Under the pieces are notes generated by a model that saw only the letters and a program-made list of their open reading frames with translations, did no database searches and had not been told where the DNA came from. Positions 25,015-34,712 of a DNA stretch of 64,000 nt are shown here, one piece after another. The DNA is taken from the IMG/VR virus record IMGVR_UViG_3300008262_000044; one strand, given 5' to 3'. Both the position numbers and the translations under genes were made by a program. Within the stretch, counting starts at the first letter, position 1; each line of letters opens with the position of its first letter. The DNA is from an uncultured virus (IMG/VR IMGVR_UViG_3300008262_000044) (lineage: Duplodnaviria; Heunggongvirae; Uroviricota; Caudoviricetes).

Positions 25015-25987
25015 CGGAACTAGAATTTTTGTTAGTGGGGCAACAGGATCGTGGGGGCAGACTTTAATCAGTTTACTTCTTAAAAAGTACGAAGTTGCAG
25101 AAATTATTTGTTTTTCTCGTGGAGAATTACAACAAGTATTGATGAAAAGAAAATTTAACAATCCTAAGTTAAAATTTGTAATAGGAGATGTTAGAGACTA
25201 TGATACAGTAAGACAAGCAACTAAAGGAGTTGATTACATTTTCCATCTTGCTGCATTAAAACATGTGCCCGTGTGTGAAGAAAATGTTCAGGAAACAATT
25301 AAAACAAATATCAACGGTACTACTAATATAGTCAATGCTGCCATTGAAAATCGTGTAAAGAAAGTAATTGATGTAAGTTCAGATAAAGCAGTCGAACCTA
25401 TTAATCTTTACGGAATGACAAAAGCTGTTGGCGAAAAAATTATAATCCAAGCAAATGATCTTAACGATTATACAAAATTTGTTTGTATTAGAGGCGGTAA
25501 CGTAATGGGATCCAGCGGATCGGTTATTCCTTATTTTATTGAACAAATAAAATCTGGTGGGCCGTTAACAATAACAGACATGAAAATGACTAGATTCTTT
25601 TTAACATTAGAAGAGGCTATATTTTTATTGTTTAAAGCATCTATTGATAGCATAGGTGGTGAAACATTCGTTATGAATATGCCATCTTGTTATATTAAAG
25701 ATCTTGCAGAAGTATTAATGGATGTATATGGAAAAGTTCAGGTAATTGAAACTGGAATGAGACCTGGCGAAAAATTAGACGAAATGTTAATATCACATCA
25801 CGAATCTCAATTAACATACTGTTATGATGAACATTACTTTGTTACACTACCTGCAGGTTATAATCAAGCATTAGCAACTAGATACCAAGATCATAAAAAT
25901 TTTCCATATCCTGAATTTTCTTCTAAAACAAAGATAATGGACAAAGATCAAATAAAAGATATGCTTGAGAAAGGTAAATTTATATGA
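25007..25987 (+). CDS. UDP-GlcNAc 4,6-dehydratase (FnlA/WbjB/PseB, CapD-like SDR)
   Basis: GATGSWG, HLAALKHVP, SSDKAVEPINLYGMTK, RGGNVMGSSGSV, RPGEKL. Confidence 0.9.
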   Translation: MFNGTRIFVSGATGSWGQTLISLLLKKYEVAEIICFSRGELQQVLMKRKFNNPKLKFVIGDVRDYDTVRQATKGVDYIFHLAALKHVPVCEENVQETIKTNINGTTNIVNAAIENRVKKVIDVSSDKAVEPINLYGMTKAVGEKIIIQANDLNDYTKFVCIRGGNVMGSSGSVIPYFIEQIKSGGPLTITDMKMTRFFLTLEEAIFLLFKASIDSIGGETFVMNMPSCYIKDLAEVLMDVYGKVQVIETGMRPGEKLDEMLISHHESQLTYCYDEHYFVTLPAGYNQALATRYQDHKNFPYPEFSSKTKIMDKDQIKDMLEKGKFI

Positions 25988-26808
25988 AAGTTTTAATAGT
26001 TGGCTCTAATGGCATGGCGGGTCATGTTATTAAAAAATATCTTACATCTCAAGGATATACTGTTCAAACTTTAGCTAGAAATAATGCCGATTATGGACTA
26101 GATATTGAAAACACTGTAATTACTAAATCTTTTTTTAATGAATCCAAAAACGATTTTGATTTCATAATTAACTGCATAGGACTGTTAGTCAAGGATAGCA
26201 TTGATCGTCCGGATAGAGCAGCAATTATTAATTCCTGGCTTCCCCATTGCATTGAAAACGAAATTAAAGATTCTAAAACAAAATTAATTCATTTGTCAAC
26301 TGATTGCGTGTTTGACGGCAAACAAGGAAACTACATAGAGACAGATTTACATACAGAAACCAATTCATATGGTAAATCAAAATCCTTTGGTGAAATTAAC
26401 AATTCTAAAGATATTACATTTAGAATGAGTATAATTGGTCCTGAATTAAAAAAGAACGGTACAGGATTGTTTAATTTTATCTACAACAATATTAATGAAG
26501 AATTACAAGGATGGGATAATGCTTGGTGGAATGGTATTACTACTCTTCAATTAGCAAAATGTATTGATCAGTATATTCAAAATCCGACAATAACGGGAAT
26601 ATACCATTTAGTTGATAACAATGTTAAAATTAACAAATATGATTTATTATGTAAAATAAACTCGGTCTTTAATTTAAATAAAACAATAATTAGAACCCAG
26701 GGACCTAAACCAGTTAATAAAATTTTAATTAATACTAGATCTGATTTTAGTTTTAATGTTAATAATTATGATATTCAATTAGCTGAGTTAAAAGAATTTA
26801 TGAAATAA
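25984..26808 (+). CDS. NDP-4-keto-6-deoxysugar reductase (RmlD-like)
   Basis: GSNGMAG, HLSTDCVFDG, YGKSK motifs. Confidence 0.88.
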   Translation: MKVLIVGSNGMAGHVIKKYLTSQGYTVQTLARNNADYGLDIENTVITKSFFNESKNDFDFIINCIGLLVKDSIDRPDRAAIINSWLPHCIENEIKDSKTKLIHLSTDCVFDGKQGNYIETDLHTETNSYGKSKSFGEINNSKDITFRMSIIGPELKKNGTGLFNFIYNNINEELQGWDNAWWNGITTLQLAKCIDQYIQNPTITGIYHLVDNNVKINKYDLLCKINSVFNLNKTIIRTQGPKPVNKILINTRSDFSFNVNNYDIQLAELKEFMK

Positions 26809-27730
26809 ATTTTCTCATATGCGACCAGCATTCACCAGATCTTAATTCGTTAAAATTCCAATGAAACATTGATAATCTTTCAACCCACTTTTGCCTATCT
26901 GGTAACATTGGGTTTTCAATTTGTGATAAATCTCTATTAGCAATTTCCGCACTTTGACTTCTAATAGGATCAGTTACAAAAATTGGAATTCCTTCAATTG
27001 CTGCACCGACTGCTGGACTTGAATTATAATTTACAGCAGCCCAACAATTTACTAAATCATCAGTTAGTCTAGTATTATTACTTAATCTTACACGTTTAGA
27101 AAATTTAATTCTGCAATGCGGACTGTCTGGATTAAGATAAGTTCTAGCTGCTTTATCTCCAGGGTGTGCTCTAATTACTATGGGTCTATCTGTAAAAGAT
27201 CGTATAGTATCAATAACAGATATAGCCCAATCTTGTACATCATATCCAGACATACTCCAACCACCGTTGCGTTGTAATAGTATTAAAATATGATCGCCGT
27301 ATGCTCTATATGGTTTAAGATGTATATTAAGATTTTGTGAGATTTTAATCCATCTTATAGGATCTATTTCTGTATCACAATATATTCCTTGATTAGGAAA
27401 AACGTCATTAAAACTATATCTTAGATAATGCAATGGATTATCTGTATTAGCATAAAGAAATAAATTACTATCAGCACATACAACAAATCTATTAAGAAAT
27501 TTTTGTTGAGTTATTACATTATTTCTTAATATGGTGTGTTGCGCATCTGGTTTTCCAGATATCCATCCTTGTATTACTCCAACATCGGCCGCAACTACAC
27601 TATAGTGATCTACATCAAGTACAGTATCACCTGCTGCACGAACTCCTTGAGAAAAATTTTGTAAAAGTTGTATCTTCTCTAAATTTTTTCCGTTAGGAAC
27701 TGATTTATGATATATCGCTACTGTTTTCAC
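26798..27730 (-). CDS. Putative GT-B glycosyltransferase, paralog 2
   Basis: IRAHPG and AVNYNSSPAVGAAIEGIP motifs. Confidence 0.65.
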   Translation of the reverse strand: MKTVAIYHKSVPNGKNLEKIQLLQNFSQGVRAAGDTVLDVDHYSVVAADVGVIQGWISGKPDAQHTILRNNVITQQKFLNRFVVCADSNLFLYANTDNPLHYLRYSFNDVFPNQGIYCDTEIDPIRWIKISQNLNIHLKPYRAYGDHILILLQRNGGWSMSGYDVQDWAISVIDTIRSFTDRPIVIRAHPGDKAARTYLNPDSPHCRIKFSKRVRLSNNTRLTDDLVNCWAAVNYNSSPAVGAAIEGIPIFVTDPIRSQSAEIANRDLSQIENPMLPDRQKWVERLSMFHWNFNELRSGECWSHMRKFIS

Positions 27731-28409
27731 TTGGTTGTGTTGTTTTTAGATCTTGCAACAGTTTTTTATTATCTTTATTAATCCAATGTTTAAAAAATTT
27801 ACTAAATCTAGAATTAGATAACGCATCAATATTTTTACAAGGTTGATTACATAAATTTAAAAAGGTTCTCTCTTCTGCAACATAACCTAATACGTGTGCA
27901 TCATATGGTCTAAATAAACCAAATAATTGTTCCTCATCACGCCATACTTTTTCATATAAACGAGTCGCAACATTTAATTTGCCGTATTGTTGATTAAAAA
28001 TTACTAAACCAGTTTCCCAACAATCTTCGTTATCACCAGAATTCATCATTGCAAATGGTTCTGAAAAATTAAAATTAAAATCTTCCTCTCCAACATCTGC
28101 AATTTGTTCAACATCTGAATCAATCCAGATTATTCTTTCATCTACGCCCCTATTTCTGATTGCATCTATTTGCGCCCACGACTTGCCCCAAAATTTTCTT
28201 ACCTTAGATCTACCTACTTCTTTGTTTGATAATTCTGGAACACTTAGTAATTCTTTGTGAAAGGGAACTTCAACTATCCAATCTAAATCTCCGTCGTGTT
28301 GATCGATGTATATGGTTGTCTTACCCGGTAATTTCCAAGTTGGAATGCAATATCTTGCAGTATCGTTCCAGTACGTTTTTGATATACTTGTAATAAAATG
28401 TAATTTCAT
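27705..28409 (-). CDS. GT-A glycosyltransferase-like
   Basis: IIWIDSD and ETGLVIFN; similar to 22303-23112. Confidence 0.65.
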   Translation of the reverse strand: MKLHFITSISKTYWNDTARYCIPTWKLPGKTTIYIDQHDGDLDWIVEVPFHKELLSVPELSNKEVGRSKVRKFWGKSWAQIDAIRNRGVDERIIWIDSDVEQIADVGEEDFNFNFSEPFAMMNSGDNEDCWETGLVIFNQQYGKLNVATRLYEKVWRDEEQLFGLFRPYDAHVLGYVAEERTFLNLCNQPCKNIDALSNSRFSKFFKHWINKDNKKLLQDLKTTQPSENSSDIS

Positions 28410-29206
28410 GTTTCTTCCAAAATTCTTTTAGCAGTACCGTTTCTTAATTCATCAGTATGAAATTGACCATAAGCCATGTGGCATACCCATGAATATAATT
28501 TATCCTTATCAGGGTAATACGGGGTTTCTATCTTGGTTAAGTCTTGTAAACTTACAGGACTTGCAGCATTAGCAGGTGCTAATGTAAATGCCGGAATCCC
28601 GTTTAAAATTGCTTCTGTTGCTGCAACACTATTGAATGTTATCAATGCAAATGCATCATTTTCTAACTCTTGAGTTAATGGAATATTTTGTTTTCGATCT
28701 ATTCTATCTGCAGGTCGTTGTCTAATAACAATAGGTCTATCGGTATATTGTTTTAACATACTAATAACATTTTCTAACCATTGATCTAGATTTATTCCAT
28801 AAAACTTGCAAGGTTTCTCGTCAGGAGCAGCTATAATTATTCTTTTACCAGGAGTCTTCCAGGGTTTTATTTCTTTCCCTAATCGACGCCAACGATCATC
28901 GGGCCTGGAAATAATTTCACTGTGTTGTAAATTATTTTTTACTATTCTATGCCAAAATTTATAACCACTTGGGTTTTTATTATATACGTCATTACCAATA
29001 TACCCAGTATCGAAATAATAAAACGTGCGTTGATCTTCCCAGCAACGTTTAATTAATTTATCTTTAAGTATACCGCGAATTACTAACGGGTTAGTATTGT
29101 TTTCGTATACAAAATCTTCATAGGAAGTTACTTCACTGCCGCAACCTTTAGCAAAGATTTCTATATATTGAGATTTTTTAGTGTTGTTTAAAAAAATCCA
29201 ACTCAT
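28406..29206 (-). CDS. Putative GT-B glycosyltransferase, paralog 3
   Basis: TDRPIVIR and LITFNSVAATEAILNGIP motifs. Confidence 0.65.
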   Translation of the reverse strand: MSWIFLNNTKKSQYIEIFAKGCGSEVTSYEDFVYENNTNPLVIRGILKDKLIKRCWEDQRTFYYFDTGYIGNDVYNKNPSGYKFWHRIVKNNLQHSEIISRPDDRWRRLGKEIKPWKTPGKRIIIAAPDEKPCKFYGINLDQWLENVISMLKQYTDRPIVIRQRPADRIDRKQNIPLTQELENDAFALITFNSVAATEAILNGIPAFTLAPANAASPVSLQDLTKIETPYYPDKDKLYSWVCHMAYGQFHTDELRNGTAKRILEET

Positions 29207-29889
29207 ATATCTCTTTGTTGGCAGTATTCAGTTAGAATTCGTTCTTTATGCCATTCATTGCCCATTGGCGTACCAGCAAACTCATGAAAGCAGGGTGTTC
29301 CTAACGTATAATGCAATAACTTTGCATCTGGATTTGGACCGTATTCGTCAGGTAACCAATTCCACTCTTTAGGTAATTCTCCTATACGTTCGTCATCTAA
29401 CCACGAGAAGCGGTGGAGGAAACTGCCGGTGGATTGTTGGACAAACTCGGGAGTAAGTTTCCGGTTAGGAAAAGAATTACAATTCCACAGAATAACACTA
29501 GACCAATTTTTTCGAGGATAGTCTTCATTTTTTGCTCCTAAATATTTTACAGGCATTTTTGTTTTGTAATCGTGTTTAACAACCATTACATCGTAGGACA
29601 TTTGTCTCATTTCCCATAATTCGGCAATGTCACCACGTACAATCATGTCACCATCGATGAATATTGCATGGCCAGCCCAACCCATTAACCAGGGAACTAA
29701 AAATCTAGTATAGATAAAATGATTACTACCATCAGTATGTGTTTCAGAATAATCTTTAAATAAATTTAATGCCACCGGAACAATACTTACAGGCTTTGAC
29801 GAATTACGAATAATACTATTAACACATGTATGATATGCGATTGCTTCTCTTGGATCGTAACCAATAAAAACTGGAATTATATCTTTCAT
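29203..29889 (-). CDS. GT-A (GT8-like) glycosyltransferase
   Basis: FIGYDPRE, TRFLVP, FIDGDM, KNWSSV, EWNWL, LHYTLG motifs. Confidence 0.8.
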   Translation of the reverse strand: MKDIIPVFIGYDPREAIAYHTCVNSIIRNSSKPVSIVPVALNLFKDYSETHTDGSNHFIYTRFLVPWLMGWAGHAIFIDGDMIVRGDIAELWEMRQMSYDVMVVKHDYKTKMPVKYLGAKNEDYPRKNWSSVILWNCNSFPNRKLTPEFVQQSTGSFLHRFSWLDDERIGELPKEWNWLPDEYGPNPDAKLLHYTLGTPCFHEFAGTPMGNEWHKERILTEYCQQRDI

Positions 29890-30656
29890 TTTCTTTCTAT
29901 ATCACTTTCGTTACAGTCCGTGCCATACTGAATTTCTATAATTCGTAACGGATTATTACTTGGATTGCATAATTGATGCCATTCGTCTTTTTTAATATGT
30001 AAACTTTGATGTTTATGAAAAATTCCAACTAATTCTTGATCTGTGCTTCTATTAATTGTGTAGATTTCTGCAGTACCTTCTGCAATGAACCAATGTTCTG
30101 CTCTGTTTTGATGACGTTGCATACTAAGGCATTGTCCTGGTTCCACAGTTAATTCTTTAACTTTAACTTCCTTGCCATTTTCGTGTAGTACACGATAATA
30201 ACCCCAAGGGCGTTCAGTTTTGGGAGCTTTCCATTCTTGTAAAATCCAACTGCTAGAATTTTTTTTATCTACTCCACCGACACCAAATACAAATTCTAGG
30301 TGTAACATTTCTTTAAGTAGATCCATTTCTGGAATATTTTCTTTGGTTCGATCTCCGCCGTTGGCGAAGATAATATTAGCATTAGGATGTATTGCTCTAA
30401 CTTTTCGGATAGCATCTTTAGCACTATTATCGCTATCGTCAAAATTTATCACTCGACTAACACTGTATAAGTTAGCTACAATGCTTGCACGTTCTTCCCA
30501 AGGCATAAACTTCTGCCCTTTCTTTCGACGTAGCCATTCGTCAGAATTAACTCCAACAATTAACGAATCGCCGAGCTCTCTTGCCGCGTTGATATATGAT
30601 ATGTGTCCGGAGTGTATTGGATCAAAACCACCAGTAATTAAAACAATGTTTTTCAT
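29886..30656 (-). CDS. Cytidylyltransferase (HxGH) fused to a mannose-6-P-isomerase-type cupin
   Basis: TGGFDPIHSGH and NSDEWL, then RPWGYY, LSMQRH, RAEHW, EIQYG. Confidence 0.88.
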   Translation of the reverse strand: MKNIVLITGGFDPIHSGHISYINAARELGDSLIVGVNSDEWLRRKKGQKFMPWEERASIVANLYSVSRVINFDDSDNSAKDAIRKVRAIHPNANIIFANGGDRTKENIPEMDLLKEMLHLEFVFGVGGVDKKNSSSWILQEWKAPKTERPWGYYRVLHENGKEVKVKELTVEPGQCLSMQRHQNRAEHWFIAEGTAEIYTINRSTDQELVGIFHKHQSLHIKKDEWHQLCNPSNNPLRIIEIQYGTDCNESDIERK

Positions 30657-30706
30657 GCTGATATTTATCAGAGCAGTTAATGGTAAATATTAAAGAGCGG
30701 ACAAAA

Positions 30707-31570
30707 ATGGCATTAAAATATCAAATACTCGTTAATGAATTTGACGAACCTTTTATTAAAGGTTGGGAACGTTTTACCGGCAGATTAATTCATATACATG
30801 ATATAACAACTGCTGATCCAGGAATACCATTAATAGTGCCCGCTAATCCTATAGGATTTATTGGGCCATGGATGACGGCAAAAAATCCCTATATAGCAAT
30901 TAATCGTCCTTATCTTGGATCTTGGGTTTCAAAACATAGAGTAGCAGCCAGGGTGAGTATAAATTCTTTTGCACCAACTAAATTAAAATCAATTCCCTAT
31001 TCTCGATGGAACACTACTAGATTAGAAAAACAGCCTTGGAAAGTTAAAGAAATTAAAAACGTATTGATCGCTCCAAGTAAAAAAAGTCAAGGAATTTTCA
31101 CAGGATTTGATATTACACAATGGTCTGAAAAATTAAAAACATTTTTTGAATCACGGGGTGCAAATGTAAAAATTAGATACAAGGTTGGTAAAAAGGGAGT
31201 ACAACATTACGGAAATCCTAGTGTTGGATTTAAAGGCGTGTTTGGAATCGACGGCGATTTTGAATGGGCAGATTTAGTTGTCAGTTATAGTTCTGCAATT
31301 ACTGCTGAAGCATTTTGGTACGGAAAAAAAGTTATTAGTCTAGGCCCGTGTCCAACTTGGATAGCATGTGAAAGAACATTAGACAATTGGAGAGATCCGT
31401 TAGAACCAGTTAACAGAGATGTGTGGCATGAACACATTGCATGGTGTCAATATAATTTAGACGAATGGTACGACGGTAGTGCTCAAGAAAAAGCCCTGTT
31501 TTATCAGGGCCATCCATACGAAGTTCCACATGATGAATTGTTTAACAATTCACAAGGTGGCATCCTCTAA
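30707..31570 (+). CDS. Putative GT-B glycosyltransferase, paralog 4
   Basis: QPWK..KNVLIAP and VVSYSSAITAEAFWYG; start MALKYQ after TAAATA at 30684-30689. Confidence 0.6.
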   Translation: MALKYQILVNEFDEPFIKGWERFTGRLIHIHDITTADPGIPLIVPANPIGFIGPWMTAKNPYIAINRPYLGSWVSKHRVAARVSINSFAPTKLKSIPYSRWNTTRLEKQPWKVKEIKNVLIAPSKKSQGIFTGFDITQWSEKLKTFFESRGANVKIRYKVGKKGVQHYGNPSVGFKGVFGIDGDFEWADLVVSYSSAITAEAFWYGKKVISLGPCPTWIACERTLDNWRDPLEPVNRDVWHEHIAWCQYNLDEWYDGSAQEKALFYQGHPYEVPHDELFNNSQGGIL

Positions 31571-32005
31571 CCCAGCTACACGCAACTTAATAATATTAGT
31601 CAAGTGCCACTGCTTTTGATCAAGTGCTTTAATAATACCAAGCCATTTGTTACGTAACAATGCAAAATCGTTAATAATTTTTTCAAAGTCTACAACGTCT
31701 GCCTCACCGTCTACAAACTTTTCACAGTCTCTACTGCTCAACGATCGTTGATAGCTTTCAAGATATTTACGAAAGTGTTGACTTTTTAGTCGTCTTAATT
31801 CAATATTAAGATATTCGAGGATACCTTCAATTTCCTGTAATTGATTAAAACGATTCTCTACCACACCGGGCATTGCAGCACTATTTTTTTCTATATTGCC
31901 AAAGATTTTACATTCCAGTTTTGCATCTAACAATTCTTTTTCAAAAAATGCCACTGCATCCGGAATATTACTGATATCTTTAGAAACTGCTTCGTACCAG
32001 TTCAT
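31550..32005 (-). CDS. uvsY: Recombination mediator UvsY-like
   Basis: Helical 151 aa ending KALDQKQWHLTNIIKLR; two genes downstream of UvsX. Confidence 0.75.
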   Translation of the reverse strand: MNWYEAVSKDISNIPDAVAFFEKELLDAKLECKIFGNIEKNSAAMPGVVENRFNQLQEIEGILEYLNIELRRLKSQHFRKYLESYQRSLSSRDCEKFVDGEADVVDFEKIINDFALLRNKWLGIIKALDQKQWHLTNIIKLRVAGLEDATL

Positions 32006-32244
32006 TAATCCTCATCTTCGTAATAATCTTCTTCTTCAGAATCCTCAATTTCTTCACCGTCAATTGCATATTCAATTGCTTGATCAAGATGGGGATCTAC
32101 TCCTAATAAAGATTCAATAGTACTATCCTTAATACCATAATCTAATAAAGTATTAACAAAATCTGTTGCAACAATACTTTTAGATTTTTCTGGTAAGTGC
32201 TCAACAATCACATTCCATAGATCGGCAATTAGGTCTTCTTTCAT
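32005..32244 (-). CDS. Small acidic protein
   Basis: 79 aa, coupled to neighbours. Confidence 0.75.
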   Translation of the reverse strand: MKEDLIADLWNVIVEHLPEKSKSIVATDFVNTLLDYGIKDSTIESLLGVDPHLDQAIEYAIDGEEIEDSEEEDYYEDED

Positions 32245-33320
32245 TGAGATGTCTCCGTTTCTAATTCAACATTATTAATTATCTCAGATGAGACATTTTC
32301 GCCGTTTTTAGAAACGTCTGCCATGATTTTATCAAGACCATTGTTTTCGTTGCGTTCCCACGCTTTGCGGAATTGTTTGATAATTTCACCGTCGCTAGTT
32401 ACATATACAAGACTGTTACCTTCTTTCTTTAGAAGACCTTTTTCTTCTGCCAGGTCTACCATTCCACTATAGGGATTCATACCTGTTTCATAAGGAATTT
32501 TCACTTGTACTGATTCAAAAGGCTTTGCGTAACGTGTTTTCATTACTTTGCAGGCAGCACGAATTCCACGAACTTCCGAAATCTTGTTGCCGTCATCATC
32601 TTCTTTAAGTTTCAATTTACGCATTGCTACTACAATTGAACTTGCATAGATAAAACCCTGACCACCAGAAATTTTATCATCTGGATCAAACATATCTTGA
32701 CTTGCGTATGTGTGATTAGTTGCTACAAGGCCAATGTTTAATGAACCAAACATATTGACACAGTTACGAACAAGTGCTGTTAGTGCTTTAGGCTTACGAC
32801 CCATGTCACCTTTAAGGTCACCTGCTTCAAACTGATTTACATCAGTGGGAGTTAGCAACATACCAAGTGAATCAAGCACAAACAAAACTTTAGGACGAGT
32901 TTCTTCTGGCATTGCTTTATACTCTGCAACAAATTCTGTAATAGTCTTTGCTACATCATCGATCATTGCCATATTGAGTTTAAGAAGTTTATCTTCTGAA
33001 GTATCCACGCCAAGTGCTTTTAGCCAATCTTCATCAAGAGCATTTTCTGAATCAATTAAGATTGGATAGATGCCTTGTGCTTGTGCTGCCTTGATAAGAT
33101 TGCCCGAACAAATATAAGATTTGCCAGCGCCACTTTCACCTGCAAATACTGTAACTTTACCTAACGGAACACCTTTATGAAAATCTCCGCTGATTAGATA
33201 ATTTAAAGCATAATTACCTGTTGAGATCCAATCTGTGGGATCATTAAAACCAATACTAAGCCCTTCAATTGATTTAGTAATTGATTTTCTAAATTTTGAA
33301 ATATCAAATGCTTTTGCCAT
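32241..33320 (-). CDS. uvsX: RecA/UvsX recombinase
   Basis: AGESGAGKS, IDSENAL, VLDSLG, TNHTY, SGGQG motifs. Confidence 0.93.
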   Translation of the reverse strand: MAKAFDISKFRKSITKSIEGLSIGFNDPTDWISTGNYALNYLISGDFHKGVPLGKVTVFAGESGAGKSYICSGNLIKAAQAQGIYPILIDSENALDEDWLKALGVDTSEDKLLKLNMAMIDDVAKTITEFVAEYKAMPEETRPKVLFVLDSLGMLLTPTDVNQFEAGDLKGDMGRKPKALTALVRNCVNMFGSLNIGLVATNHTYASQDMFDPDDKISGGQGFIYASSIVVAMRKLKLKEDDDGNKISEVRGIRAACKVMKTRYAKPFESVQVKIPYETGMNPYSGMVDLAEEKGLLKKEGNSLVYVTSDGEIIKQFRKAWERNENNGLDKIMADVSKNGENVSSEIINNVELETETSQ

Positions 33321-33508
33321 TATTGATCTAACTCCAAGCTGTTTATTTCTTTAATTAGTGCCAATAACTCGTCCTCTGTATTACACAAAATCTTTTGAGT
33401 TTTCCACTCTTCTTTTTTGTTACGGCCACTGATTTCAATCATAAAACCGTTATCGTAGCGATAGAATGTGATACTTTCGCCAACTTTAGATAAATTTATT
33501 TTTGCCAT
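33320..33508 (-). CDS. Small hypothetical protein
   Basis: 62 aa with AGGA RBS, coupled to UvsX. Confidence 0.7.
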   Translation of the reverse strand: MAKINLSKVGESITFYRYDNGFMIEISGRNKKEEWKTQKILCNTEDELLALIKEINSLELDQ

Positions 33509-33531
33509 TATTGTTTTCCTGTAATCAAAGA

Positions 33532-33555
33532 GAGTATGGGCGTGAACCCATACTC
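33532..33555 (-). terminator. Hairpin after the ssDNA-binding protein gene
   Basis: GAGTATGGG/CCCATACTC stem. Confidence 0.55.
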
Positions 33556-33567
33556 GTTATTTTATTA

Positions 33568-34551
33568 TTATTGCTTTTGACGGTTACGAATCATGGCAAG
33601 AATATCTTGCGCACGACTGTTACCTTCTGCTGAAGAATTTGCAGCATCAGCTACGTTAACACCCTTAACTGGTGCTACTGGTGCTGGTTCTTCTTCGTAG
33701 CTTTCTTCTGTTGAAGCAGGTTTGACTGCTTTAGCCACTGGATCTCCAGTAGCACTGCCAATGCCAGCTGGCTTGTAATATTGACTCCAACGAGTTGGAT
33801 CATATGCTTCGCCGTTAACACTTGCTTCAAACATTTCTTTGATTACTTTGAGTTCGACCTCACCTGGCTTCTTAGGTAAGAAGCTCTTAAGATCAAACAA
33901 TCCATATTGATCAATTGCTGCTTTTTCTGCATCGCTAAGAGCACGTTCTCTACGGCTATACTTACTAGTAGAATAATCAGCAAAGCCGCCTTTACTGGTT
34001 TTAGCAATACGGAAATCTAACCCACGTAGATAATCTGTAGGTGTTTCATTGATTTCTGGATCAATCAAGCCGTTGCGGATGATTTGATAAATTTGAGGAC
34101 CAATAATAAATCTACGGATTGGATTTTCTGGTACACTATCTTCTTTAAGTGGATCTTCAACAACGAAGCCTTGGAAAATGTATGAACGTTTTTTCCAGTA
34201 CTTACGACCCATTTCTTCTAGACTCTTGTCCTTAAACCAGCCACGTACTTCTGAAAGAATTGGGCATGTTTCATTTGGACCGTACATCTCCACGCAAGGT
34301 ACTTGTACTTGAATTTTCTTATTATCAGTTTCGCCTTTGATACCAGCGAACTCTAATTTGATCATAGCACGTTCAACCCAAAAGAAAGTATTTGAGCTGT
34401 CGCCGTCTGGAAGTAAGCGAACTACTGCTTCCTTGCCTTCTTGCATGTTCCAATGTGGATAAATTGCGTTGTCGCCACCGCCGGTGGAGTTTCCTGAAGA
34501 TTTGTTTTGTGCTTCTTGAAGTTTTGCACGAATTTCTGCTAATGATGCCAT
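33568..34551 (-). CDS. Single-stranded DNA-binding protein (T4 gp32-like)
   Basis: VRLLPD, CPIL, YWKKRSY, DYSTSKY; start MASLAE with AGGAGG RBS; TTGACA-17 bp-CATAAT promoter at 34635-34607. Confidence 0.85.
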   Translation of the reverse strand: MASLAEIRAKLQEAQNKSSGNSTGGGDNAIYPHWNMQEGKEAVVRLLPDGDSSNTFFWVERAMIKLEFAGIKGETDNKKIQVQVPCVEMYGPNETCPILSEVRGWFKDKSLEEMGRKYWKKRSYIFQGFVVEDPLKEDSVPENPIRRFIIGPQIYQIIRNGLIDPEINETPTDYLRGLDFRIAKTSKGGFADYSTSKYSRRERALSDAEKAAIDQYGLFDLKSFLPKKPGEVELKVIKEMFEASVNGEAYDPTRWSQYYKPAGIGSATGDPVAKAVKPASTEESYEEEPAPVAPVKGVNVADAANSSAEGNSRAQDILAMIRNRQKQ

Positions 34552-34672
34552 TTTAATTTGCCTCCTATTATTTTGCCTTAAAATGTATGCCTTACGCACA
34601 ATATATATTATGCGTTTTTTATTTAGCAATGTCAATAAAAAACAACGTTTTTTTGATTAATTTTGCCAAAAG

Positions 34673-34694
34673 AAAAGGACTCCGGAGAGTCCTT
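34673..34694 (-). terminator. Rho-independent terminator
   Basis: AAGGACTC-CGGA-GAGTCCTT with T-tract on the minus strand. Confidence 0.7.
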
Positions 34695-34712
34695 AACTAG
34701 GCGGAAATGATA

